A stretch of DNA of 38,226 nt from Veleropilina oligotropha (Eukaryota): assembly GCA_048128005.1 (NCBI GenBank), contig JBEUKZ010000063.1, positions 62,001 to 100,226 of the forward strand, written 5' to 3'. A model generated the notes under the pieces. It was not told where the DNA came from. It saw only the letters and a program-made list of their open reading frames with translations, and made no database searches. Positions within the stretch are counted from its first letter, which is position 1; every line of letters starts with the position of its first letter. Below are positions 1 to 12,788 of the stretch, piece after piece. The position numbers and the translations under genes are program-made.

Positions 1-677
1 CTGGAGCTCGTATGGGACCTCTTTGACATCCAGATGCAGAAGATGGACTCAGCAGTAGTCAATCTGCAATAACGGACACCTGCTTCGAGGACATTCGCTC
101 CTTACTTCTGGGCATTTATTTTCTATTTTCTGGGCGATGACAAGGTCCAACTTTCAATCATATGTTGATCAATATCCCCAAGAGAATGGAACCACCAGCA
201 TATGGCACTTGTCTCGATAGTTATTGAACCATAGTCATACATAGTATTTCTGGCATGCCAAATCCGGGCTCTACCTTCTGTTATAATAAAAAGAAACCGA
301 TTGCGGTCCGGTCAGTTCGGACTCCTCCATCACTGGATGTTTCATCTGACCTTCGAATTACAACACCGAGAACGTGTCTGCTGATGTCGTAGCCAGAGAA
401 AGACTTGTGCGTCGGATAGGACGTAATGTTGCAAGAGCAGCAGTATTAAGTCTTTTGTCAACAGTGCATGGAATGGATACCTTGTTGCTGATTGATCATT
501 CCTCTCGAAGAAAACGGCTACTCAATCTTGGTGTTCGGCTGACCTGTCTCACAAGGACTCTATTCTTACAAACGGTGGATCTCTTGGTCTCTCTGTCCTT
601 GCCGTATCCCTGACACTGCATGTTGCTACACATTTTTCACTTCACGATCGATGAATGTATGGGTCAGCCTGATTCCG

Positions 678-1290
678 AATAATAATAATAATAATAAAGT
701 TAACATTTGTATAGCGCCTTTTCCAACGAAATTGCTCAGAGGCGCTTAGGCGAAGGCACTGTCAAATAAGTGTGCTTTCAGGGCACGTTTGAATAGTTCG
801 AGGTCAGAAATTTGTTGTAGAGCCTCTGGTAGATCGTTCCAGAGAGTTGGACCGGATCTTGAAAAGGACCTATCGCCAAATGATTTTCTTTTGGTGGTTG
901 GAACGATCAGCATTCGCGATGCCCTGTGTCGAAGTGGCCGTCTTGGGACGTAATGCTTTAATAACTCTTTGATATATGTCGGACCAAGATTGTGCAGAGA
1001 TTTGAAAACGAATGTCAGAATTTTAAACATAATTCGATATCTTACTGGTAACCAATGAAGTTCCTTGAGCACAGGTGTTATGTGTTCATGGCGTCGAGTT
1101 CCGGTAATGAGCCTGGCGGCACTGTTCTGCACTCTTTGAATTTTATTTAGTGATTGTTCTGATGCTCCATGCATGAGACTGTTGCAATAGTCAATACGTG
1201 ATGTCACAAAGGCGTTGATGAGTGTTTTCGTTGCATGTGCTCCTATAAATCGCTTGATTTGACCAAAATGATAACGCAGCATCCTTTTCT
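678..1290 (-). mobile_element. 5'-truncated L2/CR1-clade LINE 3' end (ORF2 C-terminus plus short-repeat tail)
   Basis: ORF 746-1300(-) contains AFVTSRIDYCNSL...IQRVQNSAARL...HITPVLKELHWLPV.YRI.FK...GDRSFS..GP.LWN.LP, the typical L2/CR1 ORF2 C-terminus. It is followed by a GCGCTATACAAAT-type 3' UTR and a (TTA)n tail at 678-697. Confidence 0.9.
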
Positions 1291-1309
1291 TGTCAGTCAA
1301 GATTCGTCA

Positions 1310-2070
1310 TACCATTTTGAACGAAAACGACAACCTTCAAAGGTCCATCATATCTCTTGGCTTGGCTTCGAGAACGAACGAATATTTATAAAGGCGTTCC
1401 TCGTCTGATGCAGTCACGCTAGTGGCTGCTGAAACTTATGCGCGATGTGCTACAGCGGCTGCAGGGGAGGGACTGAGAATGTACTGGTGCTGTTAATTGT
1501 ACCACTTCGGTTTTGCGGCGCTGCCTCTTTTCTTCTGGCTCTAGGGTTGTTCTCGATTACTAAGGTGGCTTGGGTGACGGTTTGCCGCCATGATTCTCTG
1601 TTGGCAGCCTTGGCTGTCCACTGGCATTTGTAAATGACACAGATGGTGGGTGTCTTTGTGCCTCTTTCGCGTCGCTCCTCTGTCACGGTAGCCAGTGGAC
1701 AGACAGCTCACCAAAAAACAACCGTTGGGAGGCGGTGGTCCTTCATTCTGGCCGTGTCATGCTCATCTCAGCTGTATCTTGAGCAGCATTGCTTCGATAC
1801 TGGTGGCTTTCGCAGGTTCAAGGACTTCGATGTTTTTGATGAAGGCACTTTTGTAGGTGTTGAGGGGGAGATCGAGGCAGTGTTGATCGAATCGCTAAAA
1901 TAGGTGTATATGACAGCGATAGGTCACTCAAGACTCCGCGCCATACAGAAGGATGTCAGAGCTATTGATTTGTAGACGCTGTCTTGGGTTTTTTGTCGGT
2001 TGTACACCTCTTTGTCAATCCGGCATCAGAGGACATCACGAAATCCAGGTAAGGAAACTGTTTGACCTAC
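1310..2070 (-). mobile_element. Decayed RTE-clade LINE, 3' part
   Basis: The minus-strand remnant WTAKAANRESWRQTV...ENNPRARRK resembles the RTE ORF C-terminus (W..A.DR..WR..V). Frames are broken. The element resumes after the Penelope insertion. Confidence 0.55.
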
Positions 2071-2110
2071 AGATTAATTTATCTTAGCACAAACAGAATG
2101 ATTTTACCTT

Positions 2111-2155
2111 GTGAGACTTTCGTCCACTTTGGTCAGTGGACTTCTTCAGACTGAC
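2111..2155 (-). ncRNA. Minimal hammerhead-ribozyme-like motif in the Penelope pseudo-LTR
   Basis: Reverse complement reads CTGAAGA-A-GTCCAC-TGACCAAA-GTGGAC-GAAA-GTCTC, i.e. CUGANGA core, stem II and GAAA. Minimal hammerheads are established in Penelope-like pLTRs. Confidence 0.7.
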
Positions 2156-2877
2156 GAGTTACGTCATGACCATTAGGTGGCGTTGCTGTCAGTACGCTGT
2201 CGTAAACATGTGGTATCGCGATTTATTACTCGGGTGTTGAAGATATCGCTATCTCATAAAAATCTCGTATCTTACGGGTGTTGGATAAACGATTGACCTC
2301 CAACCCTCAATTTTGATTGGACAATAGCAATCTGCTGATGTAAGGTCACGGGACTACTTTTTCATTGATAAATGTTACAACTTTTACTATCAAGAAAATG
2401 TCCCACGACTGCCGTCGGAACGACATCTTATAGAGCAACGAAAGTATAATTAAAATAACTACAAACATTGGTAAAATAAATAAAAGTAAGCATACAATAA
2501 AATAGTATTTACAAATAATAATTATGACAAAATATAAACTGAATTTTGATGCGTCGTCTGCTTAGAGTCAAGATGGAGACATCTATATCAATTATCCGTG
2601 TTAATGATTGCGTGAAAATTGACGGGAAAGTTCGTGGACGAGTTATGTCAGTAGTTCAACCAGTCAGTAACGCCACCCCCAACCTCTGGATCGATCATCG
2701 ATCTACCAGCCTAAGTTTACGATGAAGTTTCGTGACGATTTTTTTGACGAAACTAATACAAAATCTGCACCTACCACAACTTATGATTACGAGTACGACC
2801 GTTCGAACATTAACAGCTTTATTCAAGAAAACAAAAATAAAAATACATTGCGAAAGACACAGTAAGATTCTAATATT

Positions 2878-3526
2878 TTGGCCAAATTCATGATACTAAA
2901 AGGTGACAATAGACCAATAGCAACTATATCGCCAAATGAACTGTGCGACATCCTATGTAATTACTTCATGTCAATAAAGAAAGAAAATGGTCAAGAATAT
3001 GAACCCTCATCACTAACATTAAAACACAGAGGGTACGAAAAGTCATTACTGCGGGACAGAGTTTTCACGGCTTCGGGGTGTTTTGTCATCAAAACAAAAA
3101 GCACTTAAAAGTCAAGGGCTCGGAAACTTACCAAATAGGGCTGAAAGTTTATCCTGTGACGAAATCCAGAAATTGTATAAAGGCAATGAAATGGGTTGCA
3201 ACAACCCCGAATCCATCATAAATACTCTGTGGTGGAATAACACCCGTCACTTTGTCCTTCGAAGTGTTAAACCACACCATATGATGAAATGGGGCGATGT
3301 TTCGTTAAAGGTAGGCAGCGACGGGAGAGAATTCCTCGAATATAACGAGCGCCAAACGAAAACACGCACAGTTGGCGATACCAGGAATGTCCGTGATGTT
3401 CCTCCTCGTGCTTGGGAAACGGGCGACGAACGATGTCCGGTATTCATTCCTCAGCCAGCAGCTCCACCCTCGATAAATGTCTCGAACTTCCAATTCACGG
3501 TCCCGCTCCATAAATTCACAATCTAG
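2878..3526 (+). pseudogene. DUF3504-type Crypton tyrosine recombinase fragment (frameshift near 3085, C-terminus deleted)
   Basis: Two overlapping frames carry consecutive DUF3504 motifs, and similarity ends after ERCPV. Confidence 0.8.
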
Positions 3527-3940
3527 TCATGGAATTTCTTAAGACCGATTTTTTCCGCACAGATTTCTAATTGCACCATCGAGCCCAATGCGCCCAGACA
3601 AAACAATGATAAGTGACGATAAGAACACGTACGTGATGCAATATGGAAATTTGACGCTATTTTGAAATCTCTGTATATAAATATAAATAATAATAGCCAT
3701 TTACAAATATTTAATTAAATATCTTATTGATTGTTACAAGACGTTTTGTTATTTTTATTTGTTAACGTTGTTAGACAATAAGAACGACCTATATTAATGC
3801 GCAAGGATTTTTCTATATCTGTGAAGAGGCAATTACTACGCAAATGTTCTTCACGTTGAGAACAACAATGTTCAGGGTTGTACGCAGAAACACAATAATA
3901 AAACTACTATTTCAACAAAAATATCGCGAGTAATAAATAA

Positions 3941-4089
3941 AATACTACACTGGTTGTCGATAGATACCATTTTTACGTGACTCGTATATGTCTGACGAGA
4001 TCTGAACTCGCTTTCGCTCGTTCAGATCTCATCAGACATATTATACTCGTCACGTAAAAATGGTATCTATCGACAACCAGTGTAGTATT
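3941..4089. repeat. ~150-bp imperfect palindrome (Crypton end)
   Basis: AATACTACACTGGTTGTCGATAGATACCATTTTTACGTGAC ... GTCACGTAAAAATGGTATCTATCGACAACCAGTGTAGTATT, centred on CTCGCTTTCGCTCG. Confidence 0.9.
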
Positions 4090-4094
4090 CTATA

Positions 4095-5040
4095 TACCCC
4101 GTCCCTGTCCAGCTTAGGTTGGTACCTCCTGATCTGGATGGTCTCGCGGATTTTTCGGGGATGCTTCAGAGACTCACGAGTCCCAGTCAATAGTGTGGCC
4201 GGACTTCATATGATGTTCCGATAAGGCTGATGACATGGTGCCGGTGGTCACTGACTTTTGATGTTCCGATAGTCGTGTTTTAGTTGCCTGCCGGATTCGC
4301 CGATTTACTGAGATCCACAGTCGGCACAATCTATCTGGTAGATGATACCGCAGAGTTGGTCCGATGGGGTCTTAATTATCCTTTGGTGACACTAGGGATT
4401 GGCGAAGTGAATTGGCAGGTTTGAAAGCAACGTTAATCTGGTGTATTTTGTAAATCCTGCATAGTTTCTCCGAAATGCCTTGGACATATAGGAGTAGTAC
4501 TACCATGCACTTGCTTTTCGCCAGTTCCCCTGCGTCTTGTCGATGGCGGTTGGATGTAGACTCCTCAGATGTTCGATTGGGGGCCCACATTGGGTATCCG
4601 CACACAGACAGCGCCTTGTCCAAGTCGGCCAATTCCGTTGTTCGATTTTGTTCTTTCGTGACGATGGTATTGCATCGATGTTTTAACGTGCGTACCACTC
4701 CCAGCTTTTGGTGTAAAGGATGGTGTGAGCCGAAGTTAAGATATTGGTTAGTATTGGTCGGTTTACGGTAAACTGTCAGGTCTAAGAATCCAATTGGATT
4801 GTGGCTGATCAGCGAATAAAGGAATGCGATCATCCCATTGTCCTCTAATTCACGGGTGAATTTGATGGATGGGTCGATTGAGTTGATGTGAGCAGTTAGA
4901 GCATCAATGTTGTTCTTGAGGCATATGGTGAAAGTGTCATCGACGTATCTGAGCCACAGTCGAGGTGGAATAACTGCGGTAGAAAGAGCGATGTTTTAAA
5001 ATGCTCCATATACAGATTCGCTACTAATGGTGACACTGGA
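4095..5040 (-). pseudogene. Penelope-like RT C-terminus plus GIY-YIG endonuclease, frameshifted
   Basis: RYVDDTF near 4930-4950; ORF 4372-4833; GIY-YIG motifs near 4260-4350, with stops and frameshifts. Confidence 0.85.
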
Positions 5041-5114
5041 CGGGGGCCTCGAGATACCACAAGTTTACGACAGCGTACTGACCGCAACGCCACCTAGCGG
5101 TCATGACGTAACTC

Positions 5115-5160
5115 GCCAGTCTGAAGAAGTCCACTGACCAAAGTGGACGAAAGCCTCACA
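5115..5160 (+). ncRNA. Minimal hammerhead-ribozyme-like motif in the inverted pseudo-LTR
   Basis: CTGAAGA at 5121-5127, a GTCCAC/GTGGAC stem, GAAA at 5149-5152, then GCCTC. Confidence 0.7.
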
Positions 5161-5245
5161 AGGTAAAACCATTTTGTTTGTGCTAAGATAAATTAATCTA
5201 TTTCAATACCAAACTGATGAATCTTTTTGAATATGTTTGACCTAC

Positions 5246-6100
5246 TTTAGCTCTGTCTGGTCGATGGCGATAGTGTGGGGTTCGAAGCTGTTTCGTGGTG
5301 CTGGCTGGTGGATGAACTTAGTCTTCTTGAGGCTTACCTACAGAGGCCTCCGCAAATCATGTGATGCGCTGCAGTGCACGTTATGTTTGTGCAATAAGGG
5401 CTGTATCATCAGCGAGTAAGCCTGCAGTCGCTTTAGGTTGAATAAACCCACACCTGTACGGAAACGGACGTATACGTCCAGGTCTGCAGAAACCTGTTTC
5501 AACATCGTGCTGAAGAACACTGATAACAGGGTAGGTTTCTGACCTCGCCGTGTTGTCTTCCTGGGGCTGGAGGACCATTGCGAGAAACTCTGAAGGACAT
5601 TTTAGCTTTTCTGGATCTTCCTAAGTTCAGTCATGCTCACCGTGTTAAATGCCTTGGTCAAAGCGAATAAAGTGGCATACAGTCCTCTGTTCTGCTCATG
5701 GCACTTCTCCTGGATATGACGCAGGCTCACAGGGAGATGGCCCTCAGCAATGACAGACACAAGTTTCTGTAGCGAAACCCTGACAAGAATTTGTCCGAGA
5801 ATGAGAACTGGATGATTCTGTTGTATTTTGAGCAGTCTGGGTTTTCTTCTCTATTTTATAGACTTTATCTGAAGGCTTGCCGAAGTTTACCATGTTCCCA
5901 TCAGAGGACAAGAAGTTCATGGAGTTTGCTGTATAGTGCAGGACAAGGGTTCTTCCATACTATCGGGGTGATGCCATCGATGCCGGTTGCTTTATCTATT
6001 CCAGTTGCTCTGCACGACACTCGCCATCCTTCGTTTATTAGTAAAGATTCGTCTCGGACGAAAATGACAGCCTTCAAATGACAGTCATATAGGCCTACAT
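5246..6100 (-). mobile_element. Decayed RTE-clade LINE, RT region (continuation of 1310-2070)
   Basis: KATGIDGITPIVWK....LYSKLHELL resembles the non-LTR RT N-terminal motif (KA.G.DGIP.E..K). Further broken RT remnants lie at 5300-5800. Confidence 0.55.
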
Positions 6101-7278
6101 ATGCGATAAAATGATCCATGAGCTACAATGATTGACTCCAGTGTCCATCGTCATGAGCATGTCATTTCAATACATGATCATTTCCATGGCACGGCTACTA
6201 TGACTGACATGCAGAGGGCAGTGTGTTACATACACATATGTTGCATGTTAAATATTTATGGTTGTAGTGTACAGGTCATATAGGCAAAGACTCTCGTCTC
6301 CATTGACCACAATATCGATTATGTTAACGCATTCATGATTGTTGTAATTAAATATTGCTGAAACTTTGTTAAATTGAACGATGAAATATTCGCCATAATA
6401 ATATCATCGCTTCCAGTCTCGTAACATCATGTATTTAATGTTTTGACATTGAACATTTTTGTCTTCATTGGGTCAATATCGAGACTTCTGATACAGGCAC
6501 ACACAGTAACACCCACCCTATTATTACCATTTCTGGCGTTGACTGATAACCGACAACCATGTCGAGAAAATCCACTTTAACAGCTTTGCTGCCAACTATA
6601 AGAATCTTTTTCGTTGTCTGATTTGAGGGACATGAATGGTGATTTTGTTGTTAAATCAACGCTACCAGTACTTGTTATAAATTGTGTTATGCCAGATTGT
6701 CACATCGTGGTACATTAATAAAATATAATATTAAATAGAAATATTTAATAAATGTAAGTCATTTGTTCAATATACAGAAGTGAACAGTTTTCCTTGTGAA
6801 TGGAAAAACTGAAAGCAATACGTTAATTAGAAAGTGCCGTGTCTGTAAAATCATTTGTGAACATAAATTGTCTGATATTTGATTATAATGTGCAAACTCT
6901 ATTGAATCCTGCACATTTATACAATGCTGATTTGAGAATGATAACAGTTACTAGATGTCATTTATACGTGAATTATCGCCAACGGATGAATTATACTAGT
7001 ACCTTTCACTTTCATATCAACCGTGTCCCTTTTTACACTGTTAGCAAAATACAAAGGCAACAAATGTTCTTCTTAATTGAAATTCTGTTGTGCGCATATG
7101 AAAGACAAAATTTTCTCACTGAAGAATGTAAAAATAGTTTCATATCTTTAATGAATAAACTATATTACTTATCTATGTAAAAACAGCGTAGATCAAATCG
7201 ATTTTGCAATTGATAATTCTGTAGTCATTTGAAGGCGATGATAGTGAAGGCCTTTGTATTGTGCAGCGAGCGTGTATC

Positions 7279-7366
7279 AATGCTACGCATGTACAGGCAT
7301 AATGGGAGACACGATAATCGCGATGAATGCTACGCATGTACAGGCATAATGAGAGACACGATAATC
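7279..7366. repeat. Two-copy tandem repeat (~47-bp period)
   Basis: AATGCTACGCATGTACAGGCATAATG(G/A)GAGACACGATAATC occurs twice. Confidence 0.85.
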
Positions 7367-7779
7367 ACTGAAAAGAAAGTACCGGTATTATTATAAGCGA
7401 CAGTTAGTCGAGGGCACAGACGAATCCACCTGTCGAGTTTGTTTGTTGCTCCATCGTACCCCTACCGTTACTAAATGAAGTGAATCGTACCGGCTTATGC
7501 TGTGAAAAGACTTTTAATGAACATTAATATTGTCATGCGGTGCCGTGTGGAACGACATTAGCGAAGAATACCAATTATGTTAGGCAATTTTCTTAAATTA
7601 TGCCATTTGAGGATCAACACTCTTCTATGTAGGGCGTGAAGTAATCGTCTTCAATAACTTCGGAATTGGATTATCTGCAAGAACATCAGAATATCTCCAA
7701 ATACAATGCGTCTAAAAGTGTACTTTCAAATTGATGTTAGAGATTGTTTGTTTTTATAATTTTGACCATAATTTTGAAC

Positions 7780-7976
7780 ATGAGCGACGATAAGGGTAAC
7801 CACACCCATTCTTCCAGGTTACACGACTATACGTCCACGTCTTCTCGGCGTCCGAAGTCGCCGTTCCTGCACGATGGATCGAGGCGTGGATCCATAGCTC
7901 CGGGATTACAGGTAGAAGACGACTCACATCGACGTCGAAGTTCCCAGAGCTTTCGTCGTCACTCGTCGTTGATTGT
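7780..7976 (+). CDS. Candidate first coding exon of a host gene (Ser/Arg-rich N-terminus)
   Basis: ATG at 7780 in a locally GC-richer island. It encodes MSDDKGNH...RRPKSP...RRGS...RRRSS...RRHSSL and ends at a consensus donor GTGAGT (7977-7982). I found no downstream exon. Confidence 0.4.
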
Positions 7977-9636
7977 GTGAGTCTATTGTGAATATATAAT
8001 ATGTTATCAAATCTGTATGTATGCATCACTCTTTATTGGTTCTGTAAGTATACTTTCAGCATGTAACCTATAATCTATGATATATCCTTTAATGGGGTAT
8101 TTTCACTTCATGTTTGAAAATACAGAACAGACGCAAAATAACGATAATAATGCGAAATTAGAATTGCGGAACGGTTACAATACGGTGAAAATTCGAAGAA
8201 GAGAAAGACGATGACGAGGAACCGAAAGCACGAAAACTGCGACGTTGGTTCTTCGCCAATTTTCTTTCTTTAGTATTTTATGAAAAAATATTGATTAAAT
8301 GATTTGTTAACCATATGCTATTCGGACCTAATCATATCGGCATCAGATATAAATTACATTTTAAACACGTATAGTGTAAGGTCTACGTCGTCGTGTAATG
8401 TAGAACTGAATCCATTCTGGTAGTTTACAATTCATATTTAAGACGTAGCTAGCAATCATAGCTACACACATTTATTTAAACTCTAATAAAATCAACAATT
8501 AATAAGATAAATGAAGCTATTGAAATTAATACATAGCCAAAATTCACGAATAAACTATATTTGTATGCGTAATCTAAAGCCCGCTGCATACTAGCTGATT
8601 TTTGTCGGATACAGCCCGATTTCTGTCAGCGACAAATAATCGGACCGTGTCGGATGAGATCGAGCATTATTTATCAATGCGATATATTAATATGCAGGCT
8701 ACACCGACGAGGTCCGACAAATAATTGGGCTGTTCCCGACGAAAATCGGAAGTAGTGAAAATCTTGCTTGTATAAAAAGTTGTTCTTGAATTTAGTTTCG
8801 TTTGGGCGAAAGCCCGACACGAACATTTTTGAATGAATGAATGAATTTTATTTCACCATAGACAGTATAATGTACAAAAATTATATGATATAAAGTAAAG
8901 TAAATAGTATTGATCACATAGTAATACGTTATATGCTATATATTGGTATATTATGAAGTCATGAAGCAAAGTGAAAAATAGAACATAGTAATTTGAAGTA
9001 ATAATATTAGCTTTATGAATAACATTGAATATAAAATTGTAAAACTTTAATACAATAATTGCAGTTATTAATTAAAAACAAAACAAAAATCGATATCACA
9101 AATGCAATCTAATGATTTAAGTATATATAACGTAAAACCTTTAAATATATTATTATTATTATGTTTCTATGCTAGGATCATCAAAGAAACCCTTGCAAGC
9201 TTATAAACATGATCACCCTAGGGAAAAATTTCATGTTTTCAACTTATTTATTAAAGTGTTTGGACCTAAATTGAGTGGGTGCCTGTGTGCATGAGTGTGT
9301 GTGTGTCGTAGAGTCTATATTCATAGTTAATTTGTGGAAAATGTAGAAAAGTAACTATAGATATGTAACCTATAATGTAACCAATAGGCTGTTGATAACT
9401 TGGTAGTATAAGATCAGTATTTTTCTAGCAACTGCTTTTTATATTTGGCTTTCAAAATATGTCCGGAACGCGAATTCCTTAGTGATATGTCCAAGGAATT
9501 TTAAGAATCCCCCTCCCAAAATGGTGATTTATTTATAAATGATTTAGAAGTAAAATACGTTGTTTCCAAGACGTTACTATAGTTGTTCATTGCGCTAAGA
9601 ACAGACATAATTGATAAGTCGCATTGTATGTAGGAC

Positions 9637-11137
9637 CAGGCGCGGATCCAGGATTTTCTGTTAGGGGAGGAGATGCATACGAACCTTCATATAGTCATCC
9701 GATTCATCCTTACTCTACCTAATAAGACCTGTAGCTATGGAAATTGTGTAAAGGTAATTATGAATATTAATTCCTAAGCTGTTTGCACGTATAAGTATAG
9801 GAATAATTAGCATAAGTTGAACAGTTCGCGTGCGGATGGGGTCCCACGCGAAACAAAATGTTGCTATTTACCCAAGCATGTGAAACGGCTCCTCCCACTT
9901 CTAAGGCATGCTCTATGAAGTCATTTACAAATGGACAATTTACATATGATATATATATAATAAAAGATATATCAACGTGGAATTATTTACGTTTTACAAA
10001 AATATTACTTTTGCAAATAGACATTCTGAATTCCATATGCTAACGAACGCATGTCTTCATGAATACTTCGCGTGGGTTGGGATGTTATTTGAATTTTTTT
10101 TACAATTCGTGCTGTCCTTTTTATTGATTTCGAGGTATTGATATTGAAATATTTTTTTTAGTATAAAGATTAAGCCATTGTGATTAAGACTACGAACATA
10201 AATTTTATTTAATTTAAATTTTATACAACATGGATATGTTTTCAAAACGTGTTCCGTCCTTCACTCTATCAGTGTAAGACGAGCTATATTATACGTTGAC
10301 TGCACATCAAAGCATGTATCAAATATTGTGTTATTTGATACTGTTCTTTTGTCTGTTTGCCATTTTCTCAATATATTTATAATATTAAAAATAATATTAA
10401 AAAATGTTATATCTTGCCTCAGTGTTGCATGGTTGCCTGGTGGTGTAGTACTCTGGATAAGGCATGGGCTCGTAATTCATTTGTTTGACTTCTCTAGCTA
10501 GCCGGAGTGGATTCAAATCGTCCACTGTGAATCTTGTTCAGTTATCAGTAACTATTGACCATAACAGTAACTGGTGCCGACCGAAGTGGATGGGTTTCAC
10601 CGGATAATCTGGCTTTCTTAACACGATAATGTGGGTATATTTCAATTTGATCATAGATATTACATTGGACAATAAACACACAAAAAAACGTACAGAAACT
10701 TTACTATATCAACTCGTCGCCTGTCATTATGATCCTGTTTTTATGTTTTTATAGTGTACAGAAATATACACAGACATTTTGTCATATACTTCAAATAACA
10801 GTGTGCATGCGCAATGAACTGAGTACGTTTTGGAATATTATCACCTAATCCCCATGCTATATCTTTGGACAGAGTTCGTTTTTGGTAACTATTTTACTGC
10901 TATTATGTGCGCAACAGATTTGCATACAAACTAAGGGAGGTTATCCAAAATTTTCCAAAATGTGACTGAGCACGTTTTGGAAAAAAGCCCTTCATCTATT
11001 CCTGAATGTTTGATGATGGAAGGCATGCTATAGGAATTCATTATGAACAATTTACGTATGATGTAATAGAAAAAAACTATCGCCACGAATTTTAGGGAGG
11101 GGGGGGGCGCCGGTACGCCCCTCTGGATCCGAGCCTG
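9637..11137. mobile_element. Putative non-autonomous TIR DNA element
   Basis: CAGGCGCGGATCCAG at 9637 and CTGGATCCGAGCCTG ending at 11137 form a 14/15 inverted match. There is no clear TSD, so these could be ends of two different copies. Confidence 0.4.
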
Positions 11138-12703
11138 ATGACGTATACATGGGTAATGTAACAAACACTTTCTCACTTTACGATTAGGTGGCAAATACAT
11201 TACTCAATTGTATGACAAATAAATAATTGTGTTCAATAATGTTATCAATTTTATAAAATGATAATGTTATAATTGCATGTTCTTTACAATAATATGTTAT
11301 TCTAACACTTTGAATATGCCTATAACAAACACCTATAACAAACCAATCATTATGCCATTGCAATGTACTGAAGCATAAGTCGCGGTTTTCATTCTCGAAA
11401 AATATCATTAAAATGCAGTCATCTAAAATATATGGCAATGCAATTTCCACAATGGTTTACATGCGTATTTTCAATGGACATGTTAGTTTAATACAGGCAA
11501 GCGTCAGCGATTGTTCATATTCTTAGCATGCGCGAGCTGATGTATTAACACGAATATTTTGAATTATATAATGCACTTGAATTTTAAGTAAATATTAGAA
11601 TGGCAGTATTCACCAAGTCCTACTGCTATACATTTTGCAGTTACTTAGTGCAACAAAATTCAAGGAATATAATAAATATTTAATTGATATTCTGTCAAAA
11701 ATATGCGACTCTTCTGTAATCCGTGATTGAATTTTAATCGAATTATGGATTTTACTTGAATTACCTCGGTGTATACTGGACACTGCATACATGTAGAGTT
11801 TCGTTCGCACACATTAATCCTGTGATAGAGGCCAACTCACCGTAGTGACTGTTCAACTTTAAACTCTGTATGACATTTTGAAGCATAATTTTGTACCATC
11901 GTGCTTAGCATAATCCATTGGTGTTCGTATGTATTCATCCGTAGAAACTACACACTCAACAGCATGCGTAGACATGATGCAAAATTCAGTCTGGTTAAAG
12001 CTGATGTATGAAACTATACTTACCGACTAAACGTCTGAAAATATAATATCTTGTATTATAAAATCCTGACGTTTTTATGACTATTATCCTTTATGTTATA
12101 TTCTTGTCATCAAAACGACTTATCATGCGTGTTGTGCAGACGATATCGATACACGCCATAATATAATATATTCGAGCGGTGTATAATTACACATTATGAC
12201 CTCTATTATGTCAGTCAGTGTCAAACCATTTGAAAGACTCGTGTCAACAACGTGATATACAATTAGGTATATTTTATTTATAACTCAAAGTCATGCAATC
12301 GATCGCATCTCGATCGGGATGATTCTTTAAATTTCAATCAAATTTCTTTAAATGTATCATTCGTATACCCCGTCACCCACTTTCTGTCATTAGCACAAAC
12401 AATCTACTTCTGGACAAGTTGTGTTTGATTCACTATCCTGTATACATGCTGGTCCAAACAAGTAGATTATCATGTGAACCAGAAAGCATACAACCAGTAA
12501 AATAAGAGGAAATAAATCGTCAAATTTTCTAGTATTTCCTCTATATATACTGGTATATCATTACATAAATTTCTTACTGAAACAGTATTGTTTACAGTAT
12601 GCCTCCGACTCATGTTGGGCCATTCAATTTCGAAAAGTTTGAAGACTTCAATCTGGCAAATGGCATTTTGGGTGATTTTCGGCTTTGTACAAGTTGCAGT
12701 TTC

Positions 12704-12788
12704 CTTGACGATGTTGCCGAACAATGTTACTCTGCTACTGGTTATCTTGACGATGTTGCCGAATGTTACTCTGCTACTGGTTATCTTG
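12704..12788. repeat. Tandem duplication (42/39-bp units)
   Basis: CTTGACGATGTTGCCGAA(CAA)TGTTACTCTGCTACTGGTTAT occurs twice. Confidence 0.85.

Larger units (their letters stand above)
2220..4094 (+). mobile_element. CryptonA-like (DUF3504 tyrosine-recombinase) element, internally deleted, nested in the Penelope element
   Basis: ORFs 2878-3108 and 3083-3526 contain KENGQEYEPSSL, K.LKSQGLGN.PNRAE.L...E...L and LWWNNT.HF.LR...H..MKWGDV.L.......LEYNERQTKTR.G, a DUF3504/ZMYM/KCTD1-like signature. A long terminal hairpin lies at 3941-4089. The Penelope sequence resumes at ~4095. Boundaries are approximate. Confidence 0.8.
2071..5233 (-). mobile_element. Penelope-like retroelement, 5'-truncated, with inverted pseudo-LTRs and a 12-bp TSD
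   Basis: TGTTTGACCTAC occurs at both 2059-2070 and 5234-5245. A ~150-bp inverted repeat pairs 2071-2220 with ~5050-5199. Minus-strand remnants include RT (SPLVANLYMEHF, RYVDDTF, FLDL.VYRKPT.T.QYLNF.SHHP) and GIY-YIG (GIIYQIDC.DC...IGESGR.LK.RL.EH). Confidence 0.9.

Noticed and set aside
1..677. Possible RT remnants (a GIRQG-like motif near 600 on the minus strand)
   Set aside because: Too degraded to assign a family or boundaries.
8575..8830. Possible MITE end with repeated TCGG/CCGA motifs
   Set aside because: I found no partner TIR or TSD.
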